Assembly: GCA_044344255.1 (NCBI GenBank)
Contig: JBIJDH010000025.1
Coordinates: 31,889-95,888 of the forward strand
DNA from: Myxococcota bacterium
GTDB lineage: Bacteria; Myxococcota_A; UBA796; UBA2385
Length of the DNA stretch: 64,000 bases
Direction: 5' to 3'
Part shown: positions 1 to 9,048 of the stretch, piece after piece
Position numbering within the stretch: the first letter of the stretch is position 1
Layout of the letters: the number at the start of each line of letters is the position of its first letter
The notes under the pieces: model-generated
Seen by the model: the letters and a program-made list of their open reading frames with translations, nothing else
The model's database searches: none
What the model was told of the DNA's origin: nothing
Made by a program: the position numbers and the translations under genes

Positions 1-577
<577 letters not shown>

Positions 578-675
578 TCACACAGACGTCCAATCGAGCT
601 GGGCCTGTCCGCCCAGGCCGCGGGGGCGTGACGCCACGGGGGTCTGTGGCGGTCCGCTGTGATAGGGTCCCGCGA

Positions 676-2166
676 ATGTCGAACCCGCCCCCGTCCGCTG
701 AGCCCAGTGAAGCCGTAAAGTCCACCATCCGGGCTTATGGCGAACGGGTGGAGCAGTTTCTCGAGTACTGTGTCACCTACCAGCGACACGATCCGGATGT
801 CTTCCTTTGGAACGCGCGTCGGATCGCCGAGGCGAGCTGCAAGATCGTGCTCCTCGCCGTCACTGGTCGGGTAGACCCGAACCCTGAGGCCAAGCTCGAG
901 AGCCTGATCTCGGAGGCCAGGGCCAAGGGCGGGCTGGACGACGTCGAATTCACCGCGCTCAAGAACATCCAGGGGAGCTCCAACCACGGGGTTCACGTCC
1001 GGACGCACGATCGGGAGAAGTACCTCAAGCTCGTGGGCTTCGTGAAGCAGCCCCTCGCAGACCTCGTGAGTTGGCTCTACACGCGCAGCCCGGCGCATCT
1101 CTGGCTCACGCGGCCCGACAACCTCGACGAGCAGATCGCGCGGCTGGTCGCCGGCGGACGCAGCGAGCGCGCTCCGCTCGATGAGCTGCGACACCAGGAC
1201 GCCGAGCTCACGCGGCTCCGCGCCGAGGCCCACCGGCTGTCCCGCGAGCGAGACGCGCTCACCGGCGAGCGAGACCGGCTCGCCGACCTCCTCCAAGCGG
1301 CGCGAAACACCCTCAAGGACGCCGAGAGCCTGTGGATCGCCGAGCGGCGCGGCCTCGAGCACCGCATGCAGGAGTTGGCCGCCCTCCCCGCGCGGAGCCA
1401 GCGTCACTCCGCCCTCCTCGGCCTCGGCGGGCTGGGGCTGGGGCTGGGCCTCGCCTCCTGTGTGGGCCTCGGGCTCTTTGGCTTCGCCGATCTCGGGATG
1501 AGCGGCGGCCTCGCGGGGGCCTCTGCGGAGATCGCCGTGCACCCCCCAGGCGCGGCGCCGGCCGCGGTCGTCGGGGAGGCCCCCCTCCGCTGCCCCTCCG
1601 GGATGGTGCTCATCCCCGCGGTCACCCTCCAGCTCGGGCAGCCGGTGGGCGGTCGCACGAAGTGGCCTCGGGCGAGCCCCGAGTCGCTCGACCCCATCGC
1701 GGTCGAGGCCTTCTGTTTCGACGTCGACCCGCTCCGCTGGTTTGAAGTGCCCGAGCCCGTGGCTGGAGGGGTGCGCGCCTCCCGCTGCGCGAAGGCAGCC
1801 GGTGAGGTGCAGCCCGTCGGTTGGGCCGGCTGTCACAGCCGCGCACAGGCGGAGGAGGTCTGCGGGAAGCGCGAGCCCGTGGCCCGCCTCCCGAGCATCG
1901 CCGAGTGGGAGGCCGTCGCGCGCGCGGAGGCCGCGGTGAACATCCCCAAGGGGCGGTTCTGGGAGTGGGCGCAGGATGAGTTCCCGCCGCACATCTTCAA
2001 CCGGCGCGGCGCGGCGGAGCGCGACCAGGGCATGTTTCGCCAGCCTCTGCCGACGCAGAGCGCGGCGCTGTCCCCTGTGGGAAATGTCCTGTACTCCTGG
2101 AACCAGCACGACGTGGACGACGGCGTCAATGTCCTCGGCTTCCGCTGCGCCTTCACCGCGCGGTAG
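676..2166 (+). CDS. membrane protein: DUF4145-like domain + coiled coil + TM segment + C-terminal FGE/SUMF1-type domain
   Basis: Frame of track ORF 433..2166. The first 81 codons are Arg/Pro/Gly junk, so I placed the start at ATG 676 (MSNPPPSAEPSE). NARRIAEASCKIVL...LKNIQGSSNHGVH is DUF4145-like. RLRAEAHRLSRERDALTGERDRLADLL is coiled coil. LLGLGGLGLGLGLASCVGLGLFGF is a TM segment. RLPSIAEWEAVAR / RFWEWAQDEF / LGFRCAF are FGE-sulfatase domain signatures. Confidence 0.7.
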   Translation: MSNPPPSAEPSEAVKSTIRAYGERVEQFLEYCVTYQRHDPDVFLWNARRIAEASCKIVLLAVTGRVDPNPEAKLESLISEARAKGGLDDVEFTALKNIQGSSNHGVHVRTHDREKYLKLVGFVKQPLADLVSWLYTRSPAHLWLTRPDNLDEQIARLVAGGRSERAPLDELRHQDAELTRLRAEAHRLSRERDALTGERDRLADLLQAARNTLKDAESLWIAERRGLEHRMQELAALPARSQRHSALLGLGGLGLGLGLASCVGLGLFGFADLGMSGGLAGASAEIAVHPPGAAPAAVVGEAPLRCPSGMVLIPAVTLQLGQPVGGRTKWPRASPESLDPIAVEAFCFDVDPLRWFEVPEPVAGGVRASRCAKAAGEVQPVGWAGCHSRAQAEEVCGKREPVARLPSIAEWEAVARAEAAVNIPKGRFWEWAQDEFPPHIFNRRGAAERDQGMFRQPLPTQSAALSPVGNVLYSWNQHDVDDGVNVLGFRCAFTAR

Positions 2167-2167
2167 G

Positions 2168-2218
2168 CCCCCGGTTTGGGGGACTCGCCCCATCCCCGTG
2201 GCCTCCGGGGCCCTTTTT
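2168..2218 (+). terminator. possible intrinsic terminator after the FGE-domain gene
   Basis: Two small GC hairpins directly after the stop at 2166: ccccc-ggttt-ggggg (2168-2182) and ggcc-tccgg-ggcc (2200-2212). The second is followed by cTTTTT (2213-2218), and T5 runs are rare in this sequence. The stems are short, so this is weak. Confidence 0.3.
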
Positions 2219-2232
2219 GGTAGACTGTGCCG

Positions 2233-3798
2233 ATGTTCGCGTGCGCGCCCGCAACTGGCCTCTTGTCCCGCTCCTGGGGCTGCTCACTCGGCTTCGTGCT
2301 CGTCGGCTGCGTCGCCAACGCCGACGTGGCGCCCCCCTCCTCGGAGGGCCCGCCGCAGGCAGGCTCGGCGGGGCCGGCGGCCCTCGGGCTCCGGGGTGTG
2401 GTGGTGGTCAGCCTCGACACGGTCCGCGCTGACGCGGTCGAGCCCGGAGGGGCCCCGGCCGGCCGCAGCCCCACCCTCGCCGCGCTGGCGGCGGAGTCGG
2501 TGATCTTCGAGCGCGCATATGCCCCCTCGAACGAGACGCTGTTCTCCCACGCCTCCCTGTTCACCGGCCGCTGGCCGAGCCACATCGCGCCCGTCACCTA
2601 CGATCTGCGCATCCCCGACGGCATGCCCACGCTCGCCGGCTCACTCCTGGCACAGGGCTGGTCGACCGGGGCCTTCGTCGGCTCGGGCCAGCTCGCCCGT
2701 GTCTTCGGCCTGGATGACGGCTTCGGCACCTACGTGGAGGGTGGGCAATTCGGCTCGCTTCAGGAGACCGCGCCCCTGGCCCTCCGGTGGATCGATGCGG
2801 CCTCGAAGGAGCCTGGTCGCTTTTTAGCCTTTATCCATGGTTATGACGCACACACGCCCTATCTGAAGCCGGGCCCCTTCTCCCGCTCGGCCACCCCCGG
2901 CTACGACGGCCCCTTGCTGCGGCTGATGGGCCTCCCCCGCATCTGGGAGCTCGCGTATGACGGCGCGCTGTTTCCCGCGCTCGATCCCGAGATGGAACGA
3001 AATGGCTCGGGGATGTCCTTCCTCGGGCGAGAGGCCCTGCGCCAGCTCCAGCGGGCCGCGGCTGACCCCGCCGCCCCCCGCGTGAAGATGTCGCCGGAAG
3101 ACCGCGCCTTCGCCTTGGGCCTCTACCAGACAGGCGTGCTCTATGCCGACCTCTGGCTCGGCGTCATCACCGATGAGCTCGAGCGGATGGGCCTCCTCGA
3201 CCAGGTGCTGCTGGTGGTGGTCTCCGATCATGGTGAGGGCCTCTTCGATCATGGGGTCTTCACCCATCGCATGGAGCTGCGGGACTCCGTGGGGCGGGTG
3301 GTCACCCTCCTTCGTTTCCCGCACGCCGCCTCCGCAGGCCTCCGCGTCTCGACGCCGATCTCGCTCACCGATCTGACCCCCACCCTCCTCGGTGCGGTGG
3401 GCGCGCCGATCCCCGCCGGCCTCGACGGCGAGGACGTGCTCCCCTGCGTCCGTGGTCCCTGCTCCGTCGGCCACCTCCCCTACAGTGAGGGGGCCCTCGA
3501 GATGGTCTCGATCACCGACGGACGGTATCGGCTCCTGGTCGATGGGGTGGCGGCCGCCGATCCCCGCCTCGACCAGTGGCTCCAGGCCCCGCTCTCGGCC
3601 AGTCCGGTCGGGGAACTGCGGGGGGGCGCGGGCGCAGGGGAGGGCCCACCGCCGATCCGTGCCTCCCTGTACGATGAGGGCTCGAGCGGCGGACCGGACC
3701 TGGCGGGGGATCCGGTCCACGCCCCTCGGCTCGAGGCCCTCCGTGCGGCGATGGCGGCGGCGCGCGGGTCCGCGGCAGCCGGTGCGGTCGCTCCATGA
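2233..3798 (+). CDS. sulfatase-family (alkaline-phosphatase superfamily) lipoprotein, Thr-type nucleophile
   Basis: Lipobox LGFVLVGC. VVVVSLDTVRAD is the metal-binding Asp region. APSNETLFSHASLFTGRWP has Thr where sulfatases have Cys/Ser. VVVSDHGEGLFDHG and LTDLTPTLLGAVGAP are also present. GTG 2227 is an alternative start. The stop overlaps the next start (ATGA at 3795-3798). Confidence 0.85.
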   Translation: MFACAPATGLLSRSWGCSLGFVLVGCVANADVAPPSSEGPPQAGSAGPAALGLRGVVVVSLDTVRADAVEPGGAPAGRSPTLAALAAESVIFERAYAPSNETLFSHASLFTGRWPSHIAPVTYDLRIPDGMPTLAGSLLAQGWSTGAFVGSGQLARVFGLDDGFGTYVEGGQFGSLQETAPLALRWIDAASKEPGRFLAFIHGYDAHTPYLKPGPFSRSATPGYDGPLLRLMGLPRIWELAYDGALFPALDPEMERNGSGMSFLGREALRQLQRAAADPAAPRVKMSPEDRAFALGLYQTGVLYADLWLGVITDELERMGLLDQVLLVVVSDHGEGLFDHGVFTHRMELRDSVGRVVTLLRFPHAASAGLRVSTPISLTDLTPTLLGAVGAPIPAGLDGEDVLPCVRGPCSVGHLPYSEGALEMVSITDGRYRLLVDGVAAADPRLDQWLQAPLSASPVGELRGGAGAGEGPPPIRASLYDEGSSGGPDLAGDPVHAPRLEALRAAMAAARGSAAAGAVAP

Positions 3799-4238
3799 GT
3801 CGCCGACCCGGGTGGCTCGCCGCCCTCCATCTGGCGCTCGTGGCCGGCTGTGCGTCGCCGCCGCCGCTCCAGCACCCCGCGGTCACGACGGCGATGATGC
3901 GCCGCTTCGACCTCGACGGCTCGGGGATGATCGAGGCCGGTGAATGGTCCGCCCTGGCCCTCCCCGGTGTGGAGCCGGGCCCCTGGGACGCCGATGGAGA
4001 CGGTGAGATTAGCCCTGCTGAGCTGGAGCGGGGCCTGCTGCTGGTCGACCCGCGGAAGGACCGCGAGGTGCAGCTTCGGGCCCTCGAGCAGGGCCTCGTC
4101 ACCGACCCGCTGGTGATCGACGGCCAGCGGATCGGCGGCGCAGGGCCGCGGGGGCCGGGCCCGGGCCCAGGGCCGCGGGTTCGGCGTGCCCCCGGGCGAG
4201 GCCCGCCGCCCGGGCCCGGCGGCGGGGCGGCGCCATGA
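3795..4238 (+). CDS. lipoprotein with two canonical EF-hand Ca-binding loops and a Pro/Gly-rich tail
   Basis: Lipobox LALVAGC. EF loops DLDGSGMIEAGE and DADGDGEISPAE fit D-x-D-x-[DS]-G-x-I-x-x-x-E. Tail is GPRGPGPGPGPRVRRAPGRGPPPGPGGG. ATGA overlaps at both ends (3795-3798 and 4235-4238). Confidence 0.75.
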   Translation: MSRRPGWLAALHLALVAGCASPPPLQHPAVTTAMMRRFDLDGSGMIEAGEWSALALPGVEPGPWDADGDGEISPAELERGLLLVDPRKDREVQLRALEQGLVTDPLVIDGQRIGGAGPRGPGPGPGPRVRRAPGRGPPPGPGGGAAP

Positions 4239-5248
4239 GGGTCGGGTGGGCCCTCCCCCTCGGCCTCGCCTGCGCGTGCTCGCCTGCGCAGCCACCGCTG
4301 GCCTATGGCGAGGCGCCCAGGGTCTCGATCCGCATGGTGGACGGGCTGTCCGCCGTCGACCTCCCTGGGGCGATCCCGATGTGGAGCGCGACCGACGAGC
4401 CCGTCGCCGGCCGGGTGTCCCTGCTGGTCGGCGCGCTGCCGGGGGAGCCGGTAACCGGCTCCCGCACCTTGCCGGTCATCGCCGGTCTCTATGGGCTGCG
4501 ACCGGTGGCGCGTGTCACCCCGGGCTTCGTCCCCCCCGGGCACCCACTGAGAGGGGACTTCGCCGAATGGGTCGACGCCGAGCCGCAGGCCTTGATCGAG
4601 GCCGCAGCCGAGGCGGAGGCCGACGCCCTCGCCCTCGCAGGAGGCGCTGCCTTGCTGGTCACCGAGGCCCCCGACCTCGCCGCGGCGCTCGAGGCCGAGG
4701 CAGCGCTCGACGCCGCCCTCACCGAGCGGGGCCTGTCCCGCCGCACCCTGCGGGTGGTGCTGGGCGTGCCTACGGGTTCGCCGGCCGCACCGGGCGGCCT
4801 GTCTGGCACCCTCGCCCTCCGCCTGCTCGGGGCCGAGGGCGAACCCCTCGACGCTCCCTTCGCCTGCGCCATTGATCTCCTCCCCACCTTGCTCGCCGCC
4901 GTCGGCGCGGTCCCTCCCTCCGACGCTCAGGGCCGGGACCTGCGCGCCGAACCTCGGCGACCGGAAGAGGCCTGCGTGCAGCATGGCGCCGATGGGAGCC
5001 TCGGCGCCTCGAGCCCGCTCGGTCACCTCTCTGTCCCGGCCGGCGTCGCGCTCGAGGGTCCGCTCCCCGGCGTCGCGCAGGTCTGGGGCGCGGACGGCGC
5101 CCAGCTCCCCGCGGGCGGGGGCGCGACCGGCGCCGCGCTCTGGGCCGCGCTGGTGCAGCATGAGCAGCGCGCGCGGGCGCAGACGGCCGGGGGCAGGGTC
5201 GGAGAGGAGCGGCTGCGCGGAGTGCTCCGTGCCAACGGGTATTGGTGA
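4235..5248 (+). CDS. degenerate sulfatase-like lipoprotein (probable pseudo-enzyme)
   Basis: Lipobox LGLACAC. The C-terminal block FACAIDLLPTLLAAVGAVPPSDAQGRDL matches the conserved block of the other sulfatase-like ORFs here (LTDLTPTLLGAVGAP, LADIVPTVLSLVGEP). No N-terminal Asp/Thr metal-nucleophile motifs are recognisable. It ends LRANGYW, like the GY[WV] C-termini at 41043 and 62952. Confidence 0.6.
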   Translation: MRVGWALPLGLACACSPAQPPLAYGEAPRVSIRMVDGLSAVDLPGAIPMWSATDEPVAGRVSLLVGALPGEPVTGSRTLPVIAGLYGLRPVARVTPGFVPPGHPLRGDFAEWVDAEPQALIEAAAEAEADALALAGGAALLVTEAPDLAAALEAEAALDAALTERGLSRRTLRVVLGVPTGSPAAPGGLSGTLALRLLGAEGEPLDAPFACAIDLLPTLLAAVGAVPPSDAQGRDLRAEPRRPEEACVQHGADGSLGASSPLGHLSVPAGVALEGPLPGVAQVWGADGAQLPAGGGATGAALWAALVQHEQRARAQTAGGRVGEERLRGVLRANGYW

Positions 5249-5435
5249 AGGCACGTCCACAGCGTGGACAGAGCGAGGAGGGATCGGATACGTCGGCCGA
5301 GAGGGAGGACGTCTGAATGGAAATTCGGAGGGTGTGCGACGAGTCGAGTCCCACGCGGTCTGTGCGGATAGCCCCGAGGGGGCAGGGCCACCCCTGGCGC
5401 GTCATCGGTGCCGGCGCGCCGTCGGAGCGCAGGTC

Positions 5436-6233
5436 GTGACAGACCTCAACGAGATCGTCTCCGCCCTCCGCCAGCAGCCCCCACCCTCGGAGGCGTGGGG
5501 CGCCGTCGCCCCTGCCATCGAGCGGCTCAGTCGCCGCGTCCTCGGTCACCTCGCCGACAAGCGCCCCGACGTCTTCGAGGAGGTCGTCGAGGGGGTCATC
5601 GAGAAGGCGCAGACGCGGCTCCTCATGGGCGTGGGCCTCGGCGAACAGCCGAGGGCCTTCGTGGCCCAGATGCTCCGCCACGCGGCGGCCGACGCGCAGC
5701 GCCGCAGGACCGCCTTTGGCGGCGCCCGCCAGCGGATGTCCGATCACGAGGCGGAGCAGCGGGCGGTCGAGCAGTCCCCGACCGGTCACCGCTTCCCGAG
5801 CCCCGACGAGGGGCTGCGCCAGCGCGAGCTGTTGGTGGCGGTCGAGGCGGTGCTCGAGCAGGCCCTCGCGCAGCGACAGCCCCGGTATCGCTCCGATCTG
5901 CAAGACGCGTGGGACTTCGCCCACCGCCGCGCCGTCGAAGGGCGCTCGATCCGCGCGCAGGTGGAGGCCGAGCGCCCCGAGCTCGACGCCGACGGCCTCC
6001 GCAAGGAGACCGAGCGTCGCACGCGAGCCGGGCAGCGCCTGCGAGACCTCCTGCTGGAGGTGGCCGAGGGCCCAGCGTCGATCGGCGGGGGCGGCGTGCA
6101 GGAGGCGGATGCGGGTGAGCTCCTCCTCGAATACCTGCGCCGCTTGGCTGGCTGTCCGGGCGGCGGGGAGCGCGGCGTCTCGGACCTGGACCCCGTCGAA
6201 CCCGGGGGCGAACCGCCGGAGGACGAATCATGA
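5436..6233 (+). CDS. hypothetical protein, weakly sigma-70/ECF-like
   Basis: 3' part of track ORF 4872..6233; the 5' part overlaps gene 4235..5248 out of frame. GTG 5436 has ggagcg about 9 nt upstream. AIERLSRRVLGHLADKRPDVFEEVVEGVIEKA...FVAQMLRHAAADAQRRR resembles sigma region 2. GLRKETERRTRAGQRLRDLLLEV resembles the end of region 4. Similarity was judged by eye only. Confidence 0.5.
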   Translation: MTDLNEIVSALRQQPPPSEAWGAVAPAIERLSRRVLGHLADKRPDVFEEVVEGVIEKAQTRLLMGVGLGEQPRAFVAQMLRHAAADAQRRRTAFGGARQRMSDHEAEQRAVEQSPTGHRFPSPDEGLRQRELLVAVEAVLEQALAQRQPRYRSDLQDAWDFAHRRAVEGRSIRAQVEAERPELDADGLRKETERRTRAGQRLRDLLLEVAEGPASIGGGGVQEADAGELLLEYLRRLAGCPGGGERGVSDLDPVEPGGEPPEDES

Positions 6234-7270
6234 GCCGCTCCCTCGAACAGCACCTCCGCGACGAGCTGTCGCTCCCGGAGGGGTCTCCGCTGTCCATCCG
6301 CCTGCTCGAGGCGGCTCCCGCCTCTTTGGCGCCGTCGGTGGCCCACGCGCTCCAGCTCCGCGAGCCCCCTCAATCCAGCCTGGCCCGTGGGCTCGATCCC
6401 GCCGCGGTCACCGCCATCCTCGAGGGTGCGCTCCCCTTTGGCCTCGGCCGCTTTGACGAGGCCCCCGACGTCTTCGTGATCCTCCCGACCGAGCTCCATC
6501 GGGTGCGGCGGGCCGACTGGGCCGAGGCGCTCCCCGGGGAGGGCGGCGCGGCCTTGGTGGCCCTCGACAGCCAGCGCGGCCCGATCCGGATCGCGCTCTC
6601 GGCCGGGCGGGCCGTGGTCCTCGACCATGGCGCCGTCTACGAGCTCTCCTTCGCCGATCCGAGCCTCAGCGTGTCGGAGGTTGTCAAGGGGTGTGGCGCC
6701 CTGTGGTCCGTTGAGCCCTGGCTCTGGGAGCGGCTGGTCGCGCTCGAGCAGGGCGCTGACGCCACCGCCTCCCTCGCGGCGGCGGGGGCGCTGCTCCGCC
6801 TCTGGCGGCCGGTCGGCGTCGAAGCGCGGGCGGAGGCCCGGCGGCTGTTACACAGCGGGCGCCTCCCGCCGCCGCTGGCCGCCGCGCAGGCCTGGCTCCG
6901 CGCGCTCCCCGCGGAGCGGCTGAGCGCCACCTCGCGGAGCGCGGCGCGTGAGGCCGACCGCCTCATCGAGGCCCTGGCCCGCGGGATCGAGGCCTGTCTC
7001 CGCGCCGAGGTGGGCGCGACGGCCGCAGTTCGGGCCCTGGTGCTCGATCGGGAGGGGCTCGCCGCCCAGCTCACCGCTCTCCGTGTCGCCGGTGTGGAGG
7101 GTGCGGAGGGTGCGGAGGGCTGCGCCGCCGGCCTCGATCGCGCCGCGCTCTCCGCCTTGGAGGTCCTCCACCTCGCCCTCCCCGCTTGGACCGAGGCCGA
7201 ACAGGCGCTGCTCTGGGCCGCGGCCGCCCATGACCCCGCCGCCTGGTGGCCGACCCTGGCGGAGGCCTGA
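6230..7270 (+). CDS. hypothetical protein (no recognisable domain)
   Basis: High-GC3 ORF. ATGA overlap with the upstream gene (6230-6233), and its TGA overlaps the ATG of the downstream gene (TGATG, 7268-7272). Ala/Leu-rich, no signal peptide. Confidence 0.6.
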   Translation: MSRSLEQHLRDELSLPEGSPLSIRLLEAAPASLAPSVAHALQLREPPQSSLARGLDPAAVTAILEGALPFGLGRFDEAPDVFVILPTELHRVRRADWAEALPGEGGAALVALDSQRGPIRIALSAGRAVVLDHGAVYELSFADPSLSVSEVVKGCGALWSVEPWLWERLVALEQGADATASLAAAGALLRLWRPVGVEARAEARRLLHSGRLPPPLAAAQAWLRALPAERLSATSRSAAREADRLIEALARGIEACLRAEVGATAAVRALVLDREGLAAQLTALRVAGVEGAEGAEGCAAGLDRAALSALEVLHLALPAWTEAEQALLWAAAAHDPAAWWPTLAEA

Positions 7271-8994
7271 TGCCCCCGAGCCTGCGCGACCTGCTCGACG
7301 GCCCACCCCAGAGCCCCGGCGTCGAGCAGGGGCGGCTGCGGTCCTCCCTCGGCTGGCCCCTCTGCTGGCCCCCTGAGCCCGAGCTGCAAGCCCGCCTCGT
7401 GGCCCTCCTCGGCGCCGCCCCTGCTCCTCGCGACCTGCCGGGCCCGGCCTTCCTCACCGCCGAGGCGGAGCGGGGCGGGCAGGGCGCGCTCTGGCTCTTC
7501 GAGGGCAGGACGCCCACCCCCCTCGGGGGCGTGGCCGCGCGGGCGGTGCAGGCGGCGGCGGCCTTGGCCCTGCGCGCCCTCCCCGACGCCGCCGATCTGG
7601 ACGCCTTGCTCTCACCCCCCGAGGCGCCGAAGGGAGCAACGCTCGTCGGGCGCACGGCCGGGCTCCCGCCTGCGGTCGTCGAGGGCGACTCCCTCGGGCT
7701 CGCGGCGCTGCTGCACGCAGGCGCCCGGGCCCTCGGCGTCGATGCGCGCCGCGACGTCGCCATCGGCGCGCTCGACGAGCACGGTCGGGTGCTGCGGGTG
7801 GGCGGCCTCGGGCCCAAGCTCGCGGCGCTGCGCGGTGTCGCCGTCGGGCTCGCCCGCGTCTGGGTCTCGGTAGAGCAGGCCGCCGAGGTGGAGGGGGCGC
7901 TGCCTCCGGGGGTGCAGCTCATCGCGGTGGCCACCTCGGAGGGGGCGATGCAGGTGCTGGGCGCGATGGCCCCCCACCCGAGCCGGCCGAGCGGGGCTGA
8001 GCGCGACCAGGTCGGCGCCCTGTTCGGCCCGCTGATGCGGGCGGCTGTGCAGGTGACGAGCTGGACGGCGGTGGAGCGGGTCGCGAGGCGCTGGGCGGCG
8101 CAGGTGGACGAGCCCCACCTTGGCTGGCAGCTCGACTGGATCGCCGCCACCGCGGGGCGTCACGCGGGGCACCACCCGGAGCGCTTCCCGAGCCCAAGCC
8201 CCCCCGTGGGGGAGCTCGCGGACCCCGTCCGCGCCCTCTTGCTCAGCCAGTGCATTCAGCACGTGGCCGACGGGGGAGAGGGCGACGCCGATCTGCTGCT
8301 GGCGGAGCTCCCCGGAGACGCCGCCCTGCGCGGCGTCGAGTGGCGACAGGCGACGGGCGCGGCCGCCCGACTGGCGCTGTCCCTCGGTCGCCTCGAAGCG
8401 GCGGTGCGGTGGGCCCGGGAGGCGACGCAGGCCTGGATCGAGGCCGAGGCCCGCTCTGGTGCCTCCTTCGCCCTCTGCGCCTGGCTCATCGCCGCGGGAG
8501 CCCTGGGCGAGCCCGGTGCCATTCACTCGGCTCGGCGGGTGGCGACCACCCTCCGGCGCTCCTTCGAGCCCGCTCCCCAGCACTTCGTCGACCTCGCCGC
8601 CGCCCGCGCCCTGCTGCCGATCGACCCCGCGCGGGCCGCCGACGCGCTCCGCGACCTCTCTGGGCGCCTCCAGGCCGCGCCCGACTACCTCCACGGCTCC
8701 TGCGGCCGGGCCTGGGCGGCCGCGGCGCTCGCCCACGGTGATCGGGGCGAGGCGGCGCGCCTCCTCGGGGAGCTCCGGGCCTCCGCGGCGGAGCCCGGCC
8801 GCTCGGCAGACCTCGCCTTTTACCGGGACATGGCCGAGCTCGACCGTGCGCTCGAGGGGGGGCTGCCATGGGAGACAGCGCTCGAGGCCCTGCGCGGCCA
8901 CCCGCGGCAGCTCGGCGCCGTCGCCCGCCGCATGCTCCCGCCCGACGCCAGTGCCCCCGCCCTCACGCGCGCGCTCAAGGCCTTCCCGTATTAG
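7270..8994 (+). CDS. Lon (S16)-like Ser-Lys protease domain without ATPase, fused to a C-terminal helical-repeat (TPR-like) region
   Basis: Start at ATG 7270 inside track ORF 7246..8994. VVEGDSLGLAALLHAGARALGVDARRDVAIGALDEHGRVLRVGGLGPKLAALRG aligns by eye to the Lon proteolytic core (GPSAG...AMTGE..G.V..IGG..EK..AA). Candidate Ser141 is at 7690-7692 and Lys183 at 7816-7818. No Walker A motif. The C-terminal ~300 aa is Ala/Leu-rich helical repeat. Confidence 0.65.
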   Translation: MPPSLRDLLDGPPQSPGVEQGRLRSSLGWPLCWPPEPELQARLVALLGAAPAPRDLPGPAFLTAEAERGGQGALWLFEGRTPTPLGGVAARAVQAAAALALRALPDAADLDALLSPPEAPKGATLVGRTAGLPPAVVEGDSLGLAALLHAGARALGVDARRDVAIGALDEHGRVLRVGGLGPKLAALRGVAVGLARVWVSVEQAAEVEGALPPGVQLIAVATSEGAMQVLGAMAPHPSRPSGAERDQVGALFGPLMRAAVQVTSWTAVERVARRWAAQVDEPHLGWQLDWIAATAGRHAGHHPERFPSPSPPVGELADPVRALLLSQCIQHVADGGEGDADLLLAELPGDAALRGVEWRQATGAAARLALSLGRLEAAVRWAREATQAWIEAEARSGASFALCAWLIAAGALGEPGAIHSARRVATTLRRSFEPAPQHFVDLAAARALLPIDPARAADALRDLSGRLQAAPDYLHGSCGRAWAAAALAHGDRGEAARLLGELRASAAEPGRSADLAFYRDMAELDRALEGGLPWETALEALRGHPRQLGAVARRMLPPDASAPALTRALKAFPY

Positions 8995-9048
8995 GCCTTC
9001 TCCGCGTGCGACCCCGAGGTCCGCATCCCCACGGGAGCCCTGTCTGGT

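Noticed and set aside
602-619. Palindrome ggcctg-N6-caggcc in the divergent PFOR / FGE-domain-gene intergenic region, and gtccac-agc-gtggac at 5255-5269, as possible operators or terminators.
   Set aside because: Six-bp GC-rich inverted repeats are expected by chance at this base composition. There is no T-tract and no second copy to support a function.
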